NCBI GenBank assembly: GCA_973895155.1
Contig: OZ316893.1
Location: 15,716,645 to 15,780,644, forward strand
Origin: Marsupella aquatica
Lineage: Eukaryota; Plantae; Marchantiophyta
Reading direction: 5' to 3'
DNA length: 64,000 nt
Shown here: piece after piece, positions 38,600 to 50,950 of the stretch
Layout of the letters: each line of letters opens with the position of its first letter
Position numbering within the stretch: the first letter of the stretch is position 1
The notes under the pieces: model-generated
The model's input: only the letters and a program-made list of their open reading frames with translations
Database searches by the model: none
What the model was told of the DNA's origin: nothing
Translations under genes and position numbers: made by a program

Positions 38600-41500
38600 C
38601 TCACCGTCAGAGAACTGAACTGCCTCTATACGGTTAGAAGATTAACCGTTCAGAATAGACATTTGCAGTAGGGTGTCGGAGAATTGGGAGAGGAGGTGGA
38701 AGTGGTCATGAACTCAATAAAATCATTCAAGCGCAAGCAATGTAGTCACTCAAGTGAGTTTATTACAAAAATTTATTCTCCAACAACAAGTCGAAGGACA
38801 CGCCTATCAATGTTGGTGAGAATATACACCGGACGAACACATGCGCTGTCTGAAAGAATCAAAGCAGGGGAAGGAATAAAATTCAACCTTAATTAAGAAC
38901 ATCAAAATTCCGAGTTGGTTACTATTTTGGCAACCGTTTTATTTTATTTTTTGTTTCAGCAACAGGTCCAAAAATAATATCCTTCAGCATGTACCTAAGA
39001 TCTTCCACCACTGAATTGAATGTTAGGTAGTTACTTAACTTCCCTTTCTCAAACACTGATATATCCATTTAGTAAAATTCAAGAAAAAATGAAAACACAA
39101 TTTATAAATGATTACTTTTAATATGACAAAAATGCAAATGTTAAAAGAACGGTCATGTTTAAGAGAAGATCCATCTCATCCTTTGTATTTTTGTTATTTT
39201 TATTATTGCTTTTACTCTTAGTTTTGACAGCATGACGCACTAAATGTTACGGCAAAACCAACCCAAACACGACTGGGGGCGGTTAATTTTCTCACAAACA
39301 TGCCTAGTCCTGTTTGTCTACATCTGCGCTGATGTGGCATGCTCCTGTGCCAGAGAATTTGCAAGAGACCCCTCATTGGGGTTCGTAAATATCATTTAGT
39401 ACAAAATGAGGTCTACAAGATAATCCATAAGCTTAGTTTTTCTGGGTGTTGAGCTCCTTGGGCGCTACCCTTAGTTGTGCAGAAATGCCTTCACTTTAAA
39501 AACGTTATTCCTTTCCTTGAGGAGACAGGTTAGGGCATACACTTTCTAGGAGATTGTTAGTTTTGATATCCACAAGGTCAACTTTTGTCAAGATCAGATC
39601 TTTGATCCCTTGAGGGATGGGAGATACATTTCATTGGCCTAGTCCTACACAACATACATTTTTAGCTAGTTCATTTTGGAGAAAAGTTTTGGAAGGGGTT
39701 CACAAGAACACCATGTACCCCAGAAGTTTTCAAAAATGGTAAATGTGCATCTAAGAAGTTAAGGACCTTGGGTACGCTTAGCAATATGAATTAACAAAGG
39801 CTACCCCAAAAAATTGTTTTTGAGAAGAATTCAGTATAGACGTTGTAGTGCTCCCTAAACTATCGTTCACCCTGCAAGCATCTTGGATTCATCTCTTAGC
39901 AGTCGCGTGGGGGGATTTACCAACAGGCCAAGATACGTTAATTAATCAAACCTCGCTAAGTGAAATTGCCTGGTTCACCCAATTGCACTAGTTGAGTATT
40001 GCTCATGATCAATTAGTGCAGTGATCAGTCAAAATTGCACGACTTGAGACATAAACTTAGTCCCGACAAGGCCAGGTGAAACAGGGGCCAATCTTGTGAG
40101 AGTCCACCATAGCCAATCTAGAACTTCTCGAAGCAACAGAGAAAATCAAGATCAGTGGTTCGTGATTGGAAGTAGAGATGCGTTTGATACCTGATTGCTT
40201 CAGCAGACAGTTTCGTGCAAAAATAGAGGCAGACTTTCGTACACAGTTTATGCCCGAAACGTACGTGGCTGGTGCAAACGAACTCCCAACAATTTATCCA
40301 AGTTGAAGTGCTGACTCGCACGAGGATATTTGCATGTGGCTTTGCAGACTTATCACTAGATTGACATCTAGTGCTCGCTATTGACTTGCCTAGTGCATGC
40401 CAGCCTTACATCTCATGCAAAATTGTTATCTCGGTCTAGTGGGACGTAACCCGGTTTCGTTCACCATTGTTGTAGACATATGAACTACAGCCTTGAAGGC
40501 TCGCAGAGTAAAATAGGTTTCACTGTCGTAAGTTTGCAACCATTCACGACACAGAATGATTAGAAGAAGCTGGTGCCAGTTGTAGGGATGCCAAAGGATG
40601 GGGTGATTGGGGTCAGTAACTTTACTACCGCCGTAAGCTCCAGAAGTGGGCCATGGCCGGCAATCCAGTGGCAAACGCAAATAAATGACTGTAGCTGCAA
40701 GGTGCCAGTGCCGCTCGAAACTCGAAAGACTGGAAAAGCGGTCTGCTGCAGCTGCCTGTAGTAAAAAGAGAAATTATGACATGGACGGAGATCTAAAACG
40801 ACACAGTCACACAGTAGGCACACCTCGCCGCTGCTACCTATTTCGTGGGTTGGTAAGCGAAGCACACGTGCAGACTCTGCGACCATACGACAGTAGTGGT
40901 CATTATTTTAATTTTTGTAAGGCCGGCAATATCAAGCACTTGGCATGCTGGGCGCCTGGGCCGGCCATCGGCTCTTCTCCTTCTGCAGACAAAACAAAAC
41001 CAGAAATTTTTTAAGTTTGGAACGACGCACCAAAACAGATTTTCCTGGAGCAAACACTAATAAATGAAAAAGCAAAAGGAGGGATTGCCGGATTGTTGAA
41101 ATGTTAGAAGAACATGTGACAGCAGTAATCACGTTATTAAGATAATGTCGCAAGGAGTAGACGAAACTGAACGCTAGACATAGGTAACATGGCGGGGACT
41201 GAATCTCAACACTGGATATTGTAATCGAGACCGATTTCGGTTCCCAAAAGAGGGAATGGAAAAATGGAGAAATCGTGTCGGGCGGACCTACACTATGACC
41301 TTCAGTATGGGCAGCTTGGATCGTACTTTAATGCCGGGTTGTGAATCTCGGAAATCCTACAATCTGGCTCTGATTCGTCATATTGGGGCTCTCAGCAGCA
41401 AGCGGGTCTGAGACAATGGTGACACTGCATTTGGATGATTTTGGACGAAGGTTCATCATGAATGACTCATTCTTGTTACCATAGAACAAATAAATTTGGT

Positions 41501-42125
41501 AAAATAACTTTCCCAAGTAAACTCCCAAATGAGTTCTCAAAAGGCAAGTGACAGAAACCTATATTTCCCTAAAAGAACTAAACCCCCGTCTCTTAACCAA
41601 ACCTAAGACAAATCAATCTGGCCATAGTCTAACCACATTAAAACCAGGACACACCCCGGCCATGATTGCCATGGTTAAGGTAGCTGCAGCAGTTCACCAC
41701 TGGTTGTCCTTCTTTTTTGAAGACATCCAGTGACATGTCTTCATTCAAATTTTGTTGAATACATGCAGCACCATGTCTTTGTTCAAAAAATAGAAAATGA
41801 TATAGCAAACACAGTTTTGGGCGCATCATTTCTCAATTCCGCAATATTTTGATCCGTTAGCCGCATCACCTCTTGGTTTCTGAATGGCAGTTGTTCACGA
41901 GGTTGCTCATAGGAGATAGTGGAGCTTGAGTAAGCTTCTTTGAATGACTTTGTGATGCCTTTGATTGGAACTGATTGTTAGCCCAGAGATGCAGCTGACA
42001 ATTGTTATGCAGCTAACAATTGTGAGGCCAATCATGTCGTCTGCCCTTACGCCATGGTCGGGCATTCTCTTACCTTTGTACGCAATACAATGATCGTAAA
42101 TTATCAGGTTCAAACTGTACCTTGC

Positions 42126-42560
42126 AGTTGCAGAACTCGACTACCCTAACACTTAGCTCTAGCCTCGCTGACTCCGATGCCAAGCTCCTCTATCGTCCAC
42201 GCCTCCAGATCAGCCATCCGGTGGGGACTAAGTATGGGGAGACTAGTGGGCAACGAGGCATTGTACTAGCAAGAGCAAGACGCTAAGCTGGTGACGCACC
42301 TAAGGATTTAGACTAGCATGGAGCTGGTTGGGTCATGGGAAGGGCCAGGCTTATGGTGGACTATCCGGACCCCCAAATGGACTTTGAGTTCTGAAGGCTT
42401 GAGTGAGAGCTCCTCTTGGGCAGCACGGCCCAGGTGTGGCCATCCATGACCCCAGAGTGACGACGGGTGTTGAGGGCCTAGGCATGAGCATTGGGTTGAC
42501 CCATTCACAATGGGCTAAGGCACTCCACTTACAGGTCTCTAGCTAGAAAGTTATGGGCAT
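42126..42560 (+). repeat. Diverged LTR fragment related to the chromovirus LTR; target of the DNMT element (continues at 59128-59149)
   Basis: AGTTGCAGAACTCGACTACCCTAACACTTAGC matches the chromovirus LTR start AGTCGCGGAACTCGACTACCTTAACACTTAGC. The joined flanks match the uninterrupted copy at ~59625-59657. Confidence 0.8.
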
Positions 42561-43149
42561 TGTCGTGCAAATCCACATCGTCATACAACATACATCGTTG
42601 GTCATGCCATACTCACATACATGCATAACATGGACAAGAGCATACACAAATACAAGACAGTGTACCGTAACTGAAATCCGTGAAAGACATACTGTCATAA
42701 AACACGTAAGAACACACACAGTCAAGCCAAATCCACTCTGCAATGGAGAATCTAGGTTGAAGCTAACGGGACACCATAGCCAAGGAGCTCCACTCACTAC
42801 CAAGGCTCTCCCAATGCCAAAGGCTCAGCTCAAAGAACTAACCGTCCTTTGAGCCTCTCCACACTATACCCTCCAACCCTAAGGGTGGGTCCTACTAGAG
42901 GAGTCACCCTCAACAGGGCACCCCCTCTAAACCTCTACCATGGAACCAGACTCCTAACTAGGCACTACGGCCCATCTAAGGTATGGACTTTGCTAGCACA
43001 CTACATAGTCTAGCACGCTACGTATGGTCATGACAACTGTCGTGCGAATCCACATCGTCATACAACATACATTGCTGGTTATGCCATACTCATATACATG
43101 CATAACATGGACAAGAGCATACACAAATACAAGACAATGTACCGTAACT
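42561..43149 (-). repeat. 3' terminal repeat block: A (42561-42672), B (42672-43035), 2-nt spacer, A' (43038-43149)
   Basis: A and A' are 112-bp direct repeats. B is a 364-bp direct repeat of 58764-59127. PPT AGGGGGGCG (43158-43150) abuts A' on the minus strand. Confidence 0.92.
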
Positions 43150-43319
43150 CGCCCCCCTAACTGGCGGTTAGGTCCCTCTAACTCCCAGGTAGCGCTATCC
43201 ATCTACTACATGCTATACACCTTCGTGGGTGCACGGATCAGAAGGTCGGGTGCTATGTTGCCCCATCGTTAATTGCCCATCTGCAATCCATACCATGTGA
43301 AGATCAAGTCATCCACCTC

Positions 43320-43470
43320 CTAAGTACACTGAGGACAAACCCACTGTCTGTCCAATAGGCACAACATCAATAGGTGGAGTTAAGCATGACATATGCCAAC
43401 CCCTAGAACACCTATCACAAACCAACATACGGGCTGCTTCACCAGCAGACCCACACAACATGCACCTCAA
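43320..43470 (-). pseudogene. PHD finger at the C-terminus of the integrase
   Basis: CMLCGSAGEAARMLVCDRCSRGWHMSCLTPPIDVVPIGQ..VCPQC (C4HC3; last Cys pair after a frameshift). Confidence 0.85.
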
Positions 43471-43502
43471 GCTAGCACGTATCACTGCCAAGCTGGGGTC
43501 CA

Positions 43503-46458
43503 CTATATACCATTCACATTTGGGAGGTGACATGGCACACAATTACGCACATGGTACTTCCAAACAACACCATCACAACCCTCCAACATGAGAACTCCAT
43601 AAGCTAACACCTCTCTCACACGTAAGATAGTGCGTCCTACCGTCACATCCAACGTTGTCGGTGCAGTCTGCTGCAAATAGACATAGTCCCCCACATGGAA
43701 CCTACAAATGGATGGTCGATAACCTCCACCCCGGATGGTTGCATACCGCAACGTATCTCTATGTTGAGCAATGGCAAGGTTCTCAAAGGCTGTTGGCATA
43801 ACTCTTTGAAAGAGCTGTGCCCTTTGAGAACACACCCTCATCCACACCTCCGGGTCATCAAGGTTCACCACCTCACTAGAATCTTGACGAATTGTTGTGG
43901 GTAAGTCTGGGTCTCGGCCGTACAACAGAAAATAAGGTGAGAAGGAAGCCAAGGATGCTTGACGACTGAACCTATACCCCATGGCTAACCATGGCAACTG
44001 AATGTCCCAATCTCCAAGATGCCCCTTCTGTAGACCATACTTGCACAATCCCCTCTTCACCGTCTGAACAACACGCTCTGCCAAACTATCCGCCTCTGGA
44101 TGATCTTGAGATGTGGTCCGGTGATCAATCAACGCCTTGTCACACAAGACCTGAAACTCACCCTGAACTCTGTACCCTGGTCGATCAACACCTCCGCTGG
44201 TGCACCAAATGACTAAGCACTCTATCAAGAAATGCATATGCCGTTCCCTCACTTGCCTTGTCAGGCAATGCCACCAACTCAATCCACTTAGAAATTAAAG
44301 TGCTCCACCATTAGCAACACATACCGATGATGTACGTCGTCCAGTTAACGGTAATGGTCCTACAAAGTCCAAACTCCAACGGTAACCCAACCCCATAATA
44401 GGTAAGGGGTGTAACTGTGGTGTAGGGGCATTGAACGATGCCCTCACGTGATCGCAAACCATACAATGTGACACCAACTGTTGCACCTGAGTGTGCATGC
44501 CACGCCACCAATACTGACCAAGAAGTAAGCTATACATACGCTTTACTCCAAAATGTCCCAACTCCTCATGAGCATGTCGCACAATGCGCTCTCTCTGAGC
44601 TATATGGGGTACCACTCGTACTCTACCATCCTCCCACACACGGAGAACATGCGTTCCCTCCAATCGATACCTCCTAGCATGTTGGAGAACACGGTCTCGC
44701 TCCTTGGCACTCACTATGCCTGGCACCCTACTGGTCCGTAGGAACTCTAACACCAATGCATCACCATGAATATCACGCTGATCTGTAGCACCATCTCCAA
44801 CCTTTGGATATGCCGGATGGCCATCTACCCTCTGACTAGAGGAAGGTGTAAGGTGATCCTCCATACTAGAGTTCACACCCAACAAACACAAAAAGGCAGA
44901 TGCATGCCATCCTGGCACCATCTCCTCATCAACCTCTCCATGCCATCTAGACGGGCATCTAGATCCAGTATCATCCTCCTGACTAGGACATGGGTTCCTA
45001 CTCAACCCATCAGCATCAAGGTTGGTAACTCCAGGTCTATGTACCACTTGAAAGTCATACTCCTGTAAGATAAGAGCCCACCGTGCAAGCTTTCCTGTAA
45101 GCTTATCAGACTCCATCAACCACTTGAGTGGTTGGTGATCAGTAACAAGGGTAAACTTTGTGCCAAACAAGTAACACCTGAAGTGTGCCACAGCCCACAC
45201 TGCTGCCAAGCACTCTCCCTCGTACAAACCATAGCTTGATTTTGCTACATTGTTTGAACGACTTGCATAGGCCATCACAAACTCCTTGTTCTCATCATCA
45301 TGTTGTGTCAACACCACTCCAATCCCCAACATAATCAGTGTGCAGTTGAAATGGGCGACCCCTGATAGGTCTCCTCAAGATAGGCACAGACACCAACTTG
45401 GCCTTGAGCTCCATAAAAGCTCTCTCCTGGTCATCTCCCCACTGCCACTCCTGATCAGACTTCAACAACTTGTTCAAAGGCTTTGCCGTAGCACTAAATC
45501 CCTTCACATATCACCGATAGTAGTTTGCCAATCCCATGAATGCCCGAACTCTACTCACATCTGTCGGCCAAGGGATACGTGCAATAGCCTCAACCTTTGC
45601 CTGTTGGACCCCTAAACCACTTGGGTAGATCACATGACCCAAGTACTCAACATCCTCATGGAAGAACCTACACTTTCCTGGATGTAAACGTAGACCATGA
45701 GCCTTCAATCGCTCAAACACAATCTGCAAATGTTTTTGGTGCTCCTCCAGAATATCACTGAACACCAAGATATCATCAATGTAACACCAAACAAAATCCA
45801 ATCCTGCTAGGATCCTGTCCATCACTCTCTGAAACACGGCAGGTGCATTCTTCAACCCAAAGGGTAAGAATCGCCATTGATACAAACAATCCTTGCCATA
45901 TGAGTTGACTCCCCAAAATGCTGTTTTGGCCTTGTCACTCACTTGAATAGGCAACTGATGGTATCCTACCCGAAAATCCAAAGTACTGAAAATCCTTGCA
46001 TGTCCCACCACATCAAAGATCTCCTCAAGTGTGGGCATGGCATACCTATCGGCCTTTGTCTGTCTGATAGGACGGTAATCTCCACACATCCGGCTCTCTG
46101 TGTAGTTGCCATGCACATCCTTTTTGACAGGCATGACAGTGGTTGACGCATACTCCCCATGCGACAACTCCACTAATCCAGCCTCCAAAAGGTCCAACGT
46201 CTTACTCCGAATCAAGTCCCTCTCCATATCACTATATCTATAGGGACAACAAAAGATTGGCGTATCACTAGCCAAATCAATCTGTATACCAGGTCCAACC
46301 AAAGCACCCAACTCCTTCATGCTAAAGGCAAAACAACTCCTATAAGCACGACGTAGGAATTGTGTCAACTGTTGTCTTTCACCTCCTGTCAGCTTGGGTC
46401 CAAGTGATGGCTCCCAAGTCTCCTCTACCGGTACACTAGAGGAAGAGGATGACGCCAT
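43503..46458 (-). pseudogene. pol: RT, RNase H and integrase of the DNMT element (broken)
   Basis: RMCGDYR, LPFGLKNAPA.FQR, YIDDILVFS, LHTD, YASR, E.LA.VWAV.HFR, TDHQPL, HEELGHFG...C..C, WSLDF, LAERVVQTVKR. Confidence 0.93.
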
Positions 46459-46737
46459 TGGTTGCTATGCCACCTCCTTAGACAATGGCACATGCTCCTT
46501 TACACCATCATTTGAGCAAGCAACTCCTCCACCAGGGGCCACCAACTCTACATGCCCATCCATCACATCCCATGTACTCCAAGGATGCAAACTACTACTC
46601 TCCTCGCCCCCAGCCGATGCCTCTACCATCCTGGAAGGCAACGAGCTCATCACCAGGGGTGAAGTAACCACAGACATGGTCCTAAGTCTCCGCTGCTCGG
46701 CCATTGCAAGGCTCACAATCCACATCAAACAGTTCAG

Positions 46738-47670
46738 GTCCATAGCCTGACCCAACACCTGGCAACGTGATGCCTCTGAAACTGAAGAGACTAATGTCAC
46801 ACCGGTAAGAAACCCCATAGCACGCTCTCTCTCATCAGCGTTGGGCTCCACCAACTGGCACACATGAGAATCCCATACAAGCCTAGGACCACCATCCCTA
46901 TAGGCATGTGACAAGGGAAAACTCACAAATGTAGGCAAGCCATTCTAGGCTGCCCCACAAGGTTCACTATTGCCATGGGTGACCTATCCACCGCTCTCAC
47001 CACCTGAGAACGTTGTCCACCATCCAAAATACTATCCACGGTGAGAGATAGAGGCTGCTGGACTGCATCATAGGTGCGCCTCAAAACTCCCTGGGTAACA
47101 AGTTTGTCCACCACAACCGTGGACGATGTGCACGCGATCCCACCCTTGCTGCATCCAACAAAACAGCTGGCCCAATCCATGACCGTACCTCATGTGCAGC
47201 CGTGATCACATGAGATCTAGTATCACCCAACAAAGGGACGTTCTCCAGAATGTAAGCTGGAGCACGTGCCTGATGCACCTGAAGATGATGCAACACCTGC
47301 AACATCTCCCAAACATATGAGAACGAGGGTCACGTAACCCTCCACCATGACCAGCCCGAGTATGTCCCTGACATGGCCATCTAGCAATCACCAAATCAAT
47401 AGGGCCAACCCTCTCAAGGTCTTGCATCCCCAACAATGAAATGTCTGATGGAAAACTCCGCTGATACCCCTGAATAGCGGACCGTGACAACAACTCAGGG
47501 TATCTCTGCATCAACAATATATGCAAGATGTCATGATGAAACCCTCCTCACGGTCTCATCTCTCTCCACATACAAATACCTCCTCACAAGTATCCCGGCC
47601 TGCAACACTGCAGCCAAACCAGTGCTAATCCCACCAAATTAAGAGGTCCAACACACAAATACCCTCTGGT
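46738..47670 (-). pseudogene. C5-cytosine DNA methyltransferase domain, DNMT3-like, inside pol between PR and RT (frameshifted)
   Basis: Motif I VLDL-FGGISTG (4-nt insertion near 47640), II YLYVERD, IV IDLVIARWPCQGHTRAG, VI YILENV, VIII AHRPRLWWTNL, IX ERERAMGFLTGVT, X RCQVLGQAMD, in canonical order. Confidence 0.9.
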
Positions 47671-47678
47671 GGATACCC

Positions 47679-48416
47679 TCAAACAATGGGTGTTGTATCC
47701 AAAGGAGACAACCCCACTAAACCACCAGTAGGAGCACGTCTTGGAGCCTCCTCTACCTCCATAGGTACAAAGGGTGTGCTCCAAGCCTGTGATATCAAAT
47801 GATCAGCCTTCTGCCTCAACACTCCACCTGAACTCCAAAGTGGAACATCCAACAAGGAGGGTACCACTGCCGCCAAACTAAAGACCTCCTCTACCTCCTC
47901 ATAGACTGGAGAATCCAATGCTGAAAGTTTACCCTCCAACAAATCCCCTGGCCAAGTGACCGCTCCACTAAAACTAGCAACTGATGCCAATACCTCTGGG
48001 GAAGTCCCTCTTGGTCTAACCCCAGAAATAAATCTCACAGGCACCTGGCTCAAACGTCCATCACCAGACTGCCAACCAGGTCTAAAGGCTGTTGTCTCAG
48101 TCCAATAGTCCATCTGAAAACCCATTGGGTACAACACTGCACCTCCAACTAGTACATCATACGACTTTGCTGATGTCACCACAGCAGTCACTCCTAATGT
48201 AGAGCTATCAGTCGCATGATCTGGCCTCATCTGCACTGACACCCTCTCCCGTGTCATGAAGTGAGACCTATCACTGGCTCCTCCAAGTGATGTCTGAATC
48301 TGGAATGGGCATGGCTCCAACTCTGACCTCTGAATACCCAAACCAATACAAGTTGCCTTCCCCAACATCAAGGGTTGGGCACCAGAGTCCAACAACACCC
48401 TCTCTGGTCTATACAC
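47679..48416 (-). pseudogene. Aspartic protease region of the DNMT element
   Basis: VLLDSGAQ...YDVLVG retropepsin motifs. Confidence 0.8.
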
Positions 48417-50357
48417 CTGTCCTTAAGGACTCACCAATTGAAAGACACCACTCCTCTTGTCCAACATACATACTCCAGGTGTAAGCCTCTCACGATCAAT
48501 GGCTGGTCGGGCTGGTAATGCATCCATCCTCGCCACTGCCGCTTGCCAAGTAGCATCGGTACTTAATGCAACATTTGACACTAAGGGTTGCTCAAAAACA
48601 ACACCCTCACACACCTCAGCACTCGTAGCAGCAACACTCCCACGTTCACACAACGTGCCTGCTAGCTGAAATACACGAGTCATGTCAACTCTTGAGGCCA
48701 TCAACTCAGTTGCTGAAAACAATGAGGATCCTAATACTGAGGTTGCCATCCGCAACACTGCACTAGATGCTACATCTGTGTCTACTACACGTGATGTATA
48801 TGCCCTTGTATCCACTATCGGCTCAACAGATCTCATAAGAACCATGGATGGAGTCCTAAGCACCTTTGACAACAAGAATGACTGGGGAAGCCTAGCCTGC
48901 CTCCCAGCCTCACCCCTTTGTGGGTCCAACTCCACAGTGGCACCACGTGGCTCTGAAGCTCTACCTGCACATCTCATCAATGCAATTGATGCCTCAACTT
49001 GTGCCGCACTTGCTATATAAGAGAGATCACCCCCCCCATAAGACGTGGAAGCCCCTGCTCCCAAACCCGCTCGAGGTTGAATACCAGCCATAGTAGCAAG
49101 TCTTTGCTCCAACTGCTCAATCCTAGCCGCCATAGCAACCTCTGTCGTAGGGGTAGGGGCAGCCACTATAGGGGCTCCAACTGCTGGTGGACCTCTACCA
49201 CCCCTACCACCTCTACCAGCTCCACCACCTCGGCCTCTCTGAGGTGCTCCACCACAACCTCTACCACCCATCCTCAACTCTGGGTATAGGTCAAAACAAC
49301 GGTCTTGAGGATGACCTGCTCGACCACAATGATCACACTGCACCTGGGCCGACTGAGATCCATCCTCTAAACTCCGTCCTCCACTCTCTTGGGGACAAAC
49401 CCTCTGGACATGATCACCTCCTGTGACGCCGCCGGTACGGTGGGTAATGAGTGATTCGGCCTAAGCACACTTAGCATGTGCATTAGGGGTATCTTAGGCC
49501 ATAATTATTAGCGTAACGATAGTATTTAGGTAGCCATTATGAGTAGGAAATCATTATTCAATAAGGGGCATTCGTGTTTGGGCTGGCGGCGGGTCGCCAT
49601 TTGTACGCCTGGTTGTGAGCGTGTAATGGGCCCCCCTCCCTCGGGTCTGTATAACAAACTCCGGGAGACGGCCACTGACATGTGCTGACCCGGACTGGCG
49701 GACTGGCCGGTACACTGCAAGCGTGAAAGGCTTGGCCTATAAGCAACGAGGAGGCATCGGGCGACCAACGAGCTCTCAGGGTATAAAAAGGGGGCCGATC
49801 CTTTGCAGTGCACCAGTTCTTCAGTCCACGCGCCAGCTTCGACCCCAGTTCTCTTGCCCATCCTTAGTCGCCTTCTATCTCCTCTGAATGTCGCACACGA
49901 TCCTTTCCAGTTCGGCCATACACTTCTGGACGCAGTTCCTGTCTATTGGGCGGGCACTTGGCCGACTCATTAAAACACGCCAACCCGTGCCCATACGAAA
50001 TTGAACGCGAGTACGAGAGAGCCATCCGCCTAGCAGGCCACCACCACTATCTCCTTAACTTTGATTACCCGTCCCAGAGCGAGCTTTACCGACCCAAAGA
50101 AATATCAGGGTACTTCTTTGACAGGGGCAAATACATTGGCTTCTGGGAGGCATTGCTTCGGCTTTCGGACGCGGTCTTCACTATCCCGGGCATGATCAAC
50201 TTACAGCGGCACCACTTCGACCACATCCCCACTCGGGTCCAGGCCATCATCAACAGCGAGTTCAACACTACCCGATCGACAAGGCCGTCTACACTTGCTT
50301 CGGAAAACCTCTACCGGCACCTGCAAAACTTCATGGCAACCATACCATCAACCACCG

Positions 50358-50644
50358 CTCGGGGGGTTGACTATCAAAAATCTTAGGAACCACGTGCGAT
50401 CCAAAATAGGTATTTTTCATCGAAATTAGCTAAATTTTTAAAAAGCGTAGGAAGCAAAAGAAGGTATTATAGACCAATATTTATAGAATATTCTCTAATA
50501 TATATCATTTATAAAGTAAAATAGGTCATTAATATTGAAAATAGAGAATTTTTTTGGAATATTCCCATTATAAAATAGGTGTGTTTATATTAGGCTAGGA
50601 TCGCACGTGGTACCCCAAAATATACACTAAGTTAACCCCCCGAG
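50358..50644. mobile_element. 287-bp MITE, 8-bp TSD AACCACCG
   Basis: TIR CTCGGGGGGTT(G/A)AC; subterminal inverted CCACGTGCGATCC; TSD at 50350-50357 and 50645-50652. Confidence 0.92.
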
Positions 50645-50950
50645 AACCACCGGTGCCGGCCCAGCCGAGCCCGTGCCCGTACCCGCACCAATACCGGCTC
50701 AGGCTCCGCCTCAGGCTCCGCCTCAGCCTAGCCGAGCCCCACCGCCGGTCGCCCCGCCCATACAGGTGCGATCTATCGTCAACGTTGTGGACCTCAGCAA
50801 CGACAACGAGGCCCGGCCCCAATACTAATGGCGGTGGCACTACCCATACCCGATCGGGAGGATGGGGAGATGTCACCCTCTCCGAGCCATCACGGGAGCC
50901 AATCTCGGGGAAAGAAGAGGAAGGAACCCGCAGCTGTATCCGGGTTAACC

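Noticed and set aside
35600-42120. Host gene in the TE-poor interval
   Set aside because: Only short ORFs without recognisable domains or a consistent exon chain; small exons or UTRs cannot be excluded.
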